Shown here in pieces: positions 63,100 to 64,000 of a stretch of DNA of 64,000 nucleotides. The stretch spans positions 4,274-68,273 of the forward strand of contig RHPI01001559.1 of assembly GCA_009103225.1 (NCBI GenBank). The letters run 5' to 3'. This stretch comes from Chlorokybus atmophyticus. Taxonomy: Eukaryota > Plantae > Mesostigma and Chlorokybus algae. The stretch's first letter is position 1; every line of letters begins with the position of its first letter. The notes below the pieces were generated by a model that worked only from the letters and a program-made list of their open reading frames with translations, was not told the origin of the DNA and ran no database searches. The translations under genes were made by a program, and so were the position numbers.

Positions 63100-64000
63100 A
63101 TGGCTGCGGCGGCGACATGGCTGCTGATGCTGGTGGTCTGCTCAAGCATGTGCGTCTGGTCCGCCAGCGCACACGGCTACATGGCTGACCCTCCCGCCCG
63201 CAACGCCCTGTTCGGCCTCGGCTACAAGGACGCCCCCGCCAACTACTGCGAGCACTGCCTCAATGCTGGTGGCGTTGGGGTGAGTTTTTGCCAAGTGTTT
63301 CATGCTGCCTCCTTGTTGCATGCATGGATGCTGTAGTGTACTTGTGTTTGTGCTGTTCACGCTGCCAATGCGCTAACTGGTCTTGTGCATGTGTTTGTGT
63401 TTGTGCGGGCAGACGGTCTCACTCGGACAGACTGTCAAGTGGCCAGCTGGCAAGCACGGAATCTGCGGCGATGCGTGGAACGTCAACCAGGACCACATGG
63501 TGCGTGTGTGCGCACGTATGTTCGAGTATCAGAATAAGAACCCAACATACCCTTTACTAAGCGAGTTTGCTGCATTACAGGCGGGTGGGAAGTACGCCAA
63601 CGGCCTCGTCGCCAAGTACTACCAAGTGGGCCAGTCCATCACCGTCACTGTGGTCATCGCATCCCACCACATGGGCGCAGTCGAGTTCCGCCTCTGCCCT
63701 CTATCCAACCCCAGCGTCACCAACGAGGCCACACAGGCAAGTGTACACACCCACTCTCGCACATGTCCACCCGCCGTTCTCAGCTCGCTAACCAGTGTTG
63801 TGTTTCACAGGCTTGCTTCAACCAGCACATCCTCCGGAGGTCAGATGGGAAAGGCCAGTGGTGGTTCCTCCCCACGGCGGCACCCGGCGGCGGACCCTAC
63901 ACCTACACGATGCAGTACACTCTCCCCGCCAGCGTCAAGTGCGAGCGATGCGTACTCCAATGGCACTACCTCACTGGCAACAAGTAAGGATGATTGGTGT
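63100..64000 (+). CDS. Second AA15-like LPMO copy, 3'-truncated by the window end
   Basis: Same four exons as the minus copy through CVLQWHYLTGN, with open frame and identical splice sites. Confidence 0.88.

Larger units (their letters stand above)
59440..64000. repeat. Inverted segmental duplication: arms 59440-60581 and 62857-64000 (continues past the window), ~2.3-kb spacer
   Basis: Near-identical reverse-complement match across exons, introns, 5' region and promoter; it breaks at CCCTAC (60581) / GTAGGG (62857). Confidence 0.92.

Overview
Intron-rich eukaryotic nuclear DNA, most consistent with a chlorophyte green alga (GT-AG introns of about 70-400 nt, TGTAA polyadenylation-type signals, telo-box motifs, standard genetic code). 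Host genes built by manual exon tracing: DUF3177 membrane protein (-), DEG9-like serine protease (+), an uncharacterised protein with a transit-peptide-like N-terminus (-), a type-I membrane histidine acid phosphatase (+), a C2-C2-TM-LysM protein (+), an MLO protein (+), a very acidic ANP32-tail-like protein (-), V-ATPase subunit C (+), and a head-to-head inverted pair of secreted AA15-like lytic polysaccharide monooxygenases; the fully visible copy carries two 6-Cys repeat modules. A small tandem family of transit/TM/coiled-coil proteins lies at 1.7-9 kb. Mobile DNA: the 3' end of a PHD-finger Ty3/Gypsy element with an A-B-A terminal repeat, a decayed Naiad/Chlamys-type Penelope-like RT, a 1003-bp TRIM dimer nested in that RT (79-bp LTRs, 5-bp TSD, PBS, PPT, tRNA-type A and B boxes straddling the LTR/PBS junction), a 4.6-kb intron-containing Fot-like pogo DD35D transposon, and a dispersed ~760-bp terminally redundant repeat with covarying hairpins and a Cys-rich ORF. 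The strongest novelty candidates are the putative Pol III-driven TRIM, the C2-C2-TM-LysM architecture and the LPMO pair with its repeat module. Exon boundaries are hand-derived, no database searches were run, and several N gaps limit certainty.
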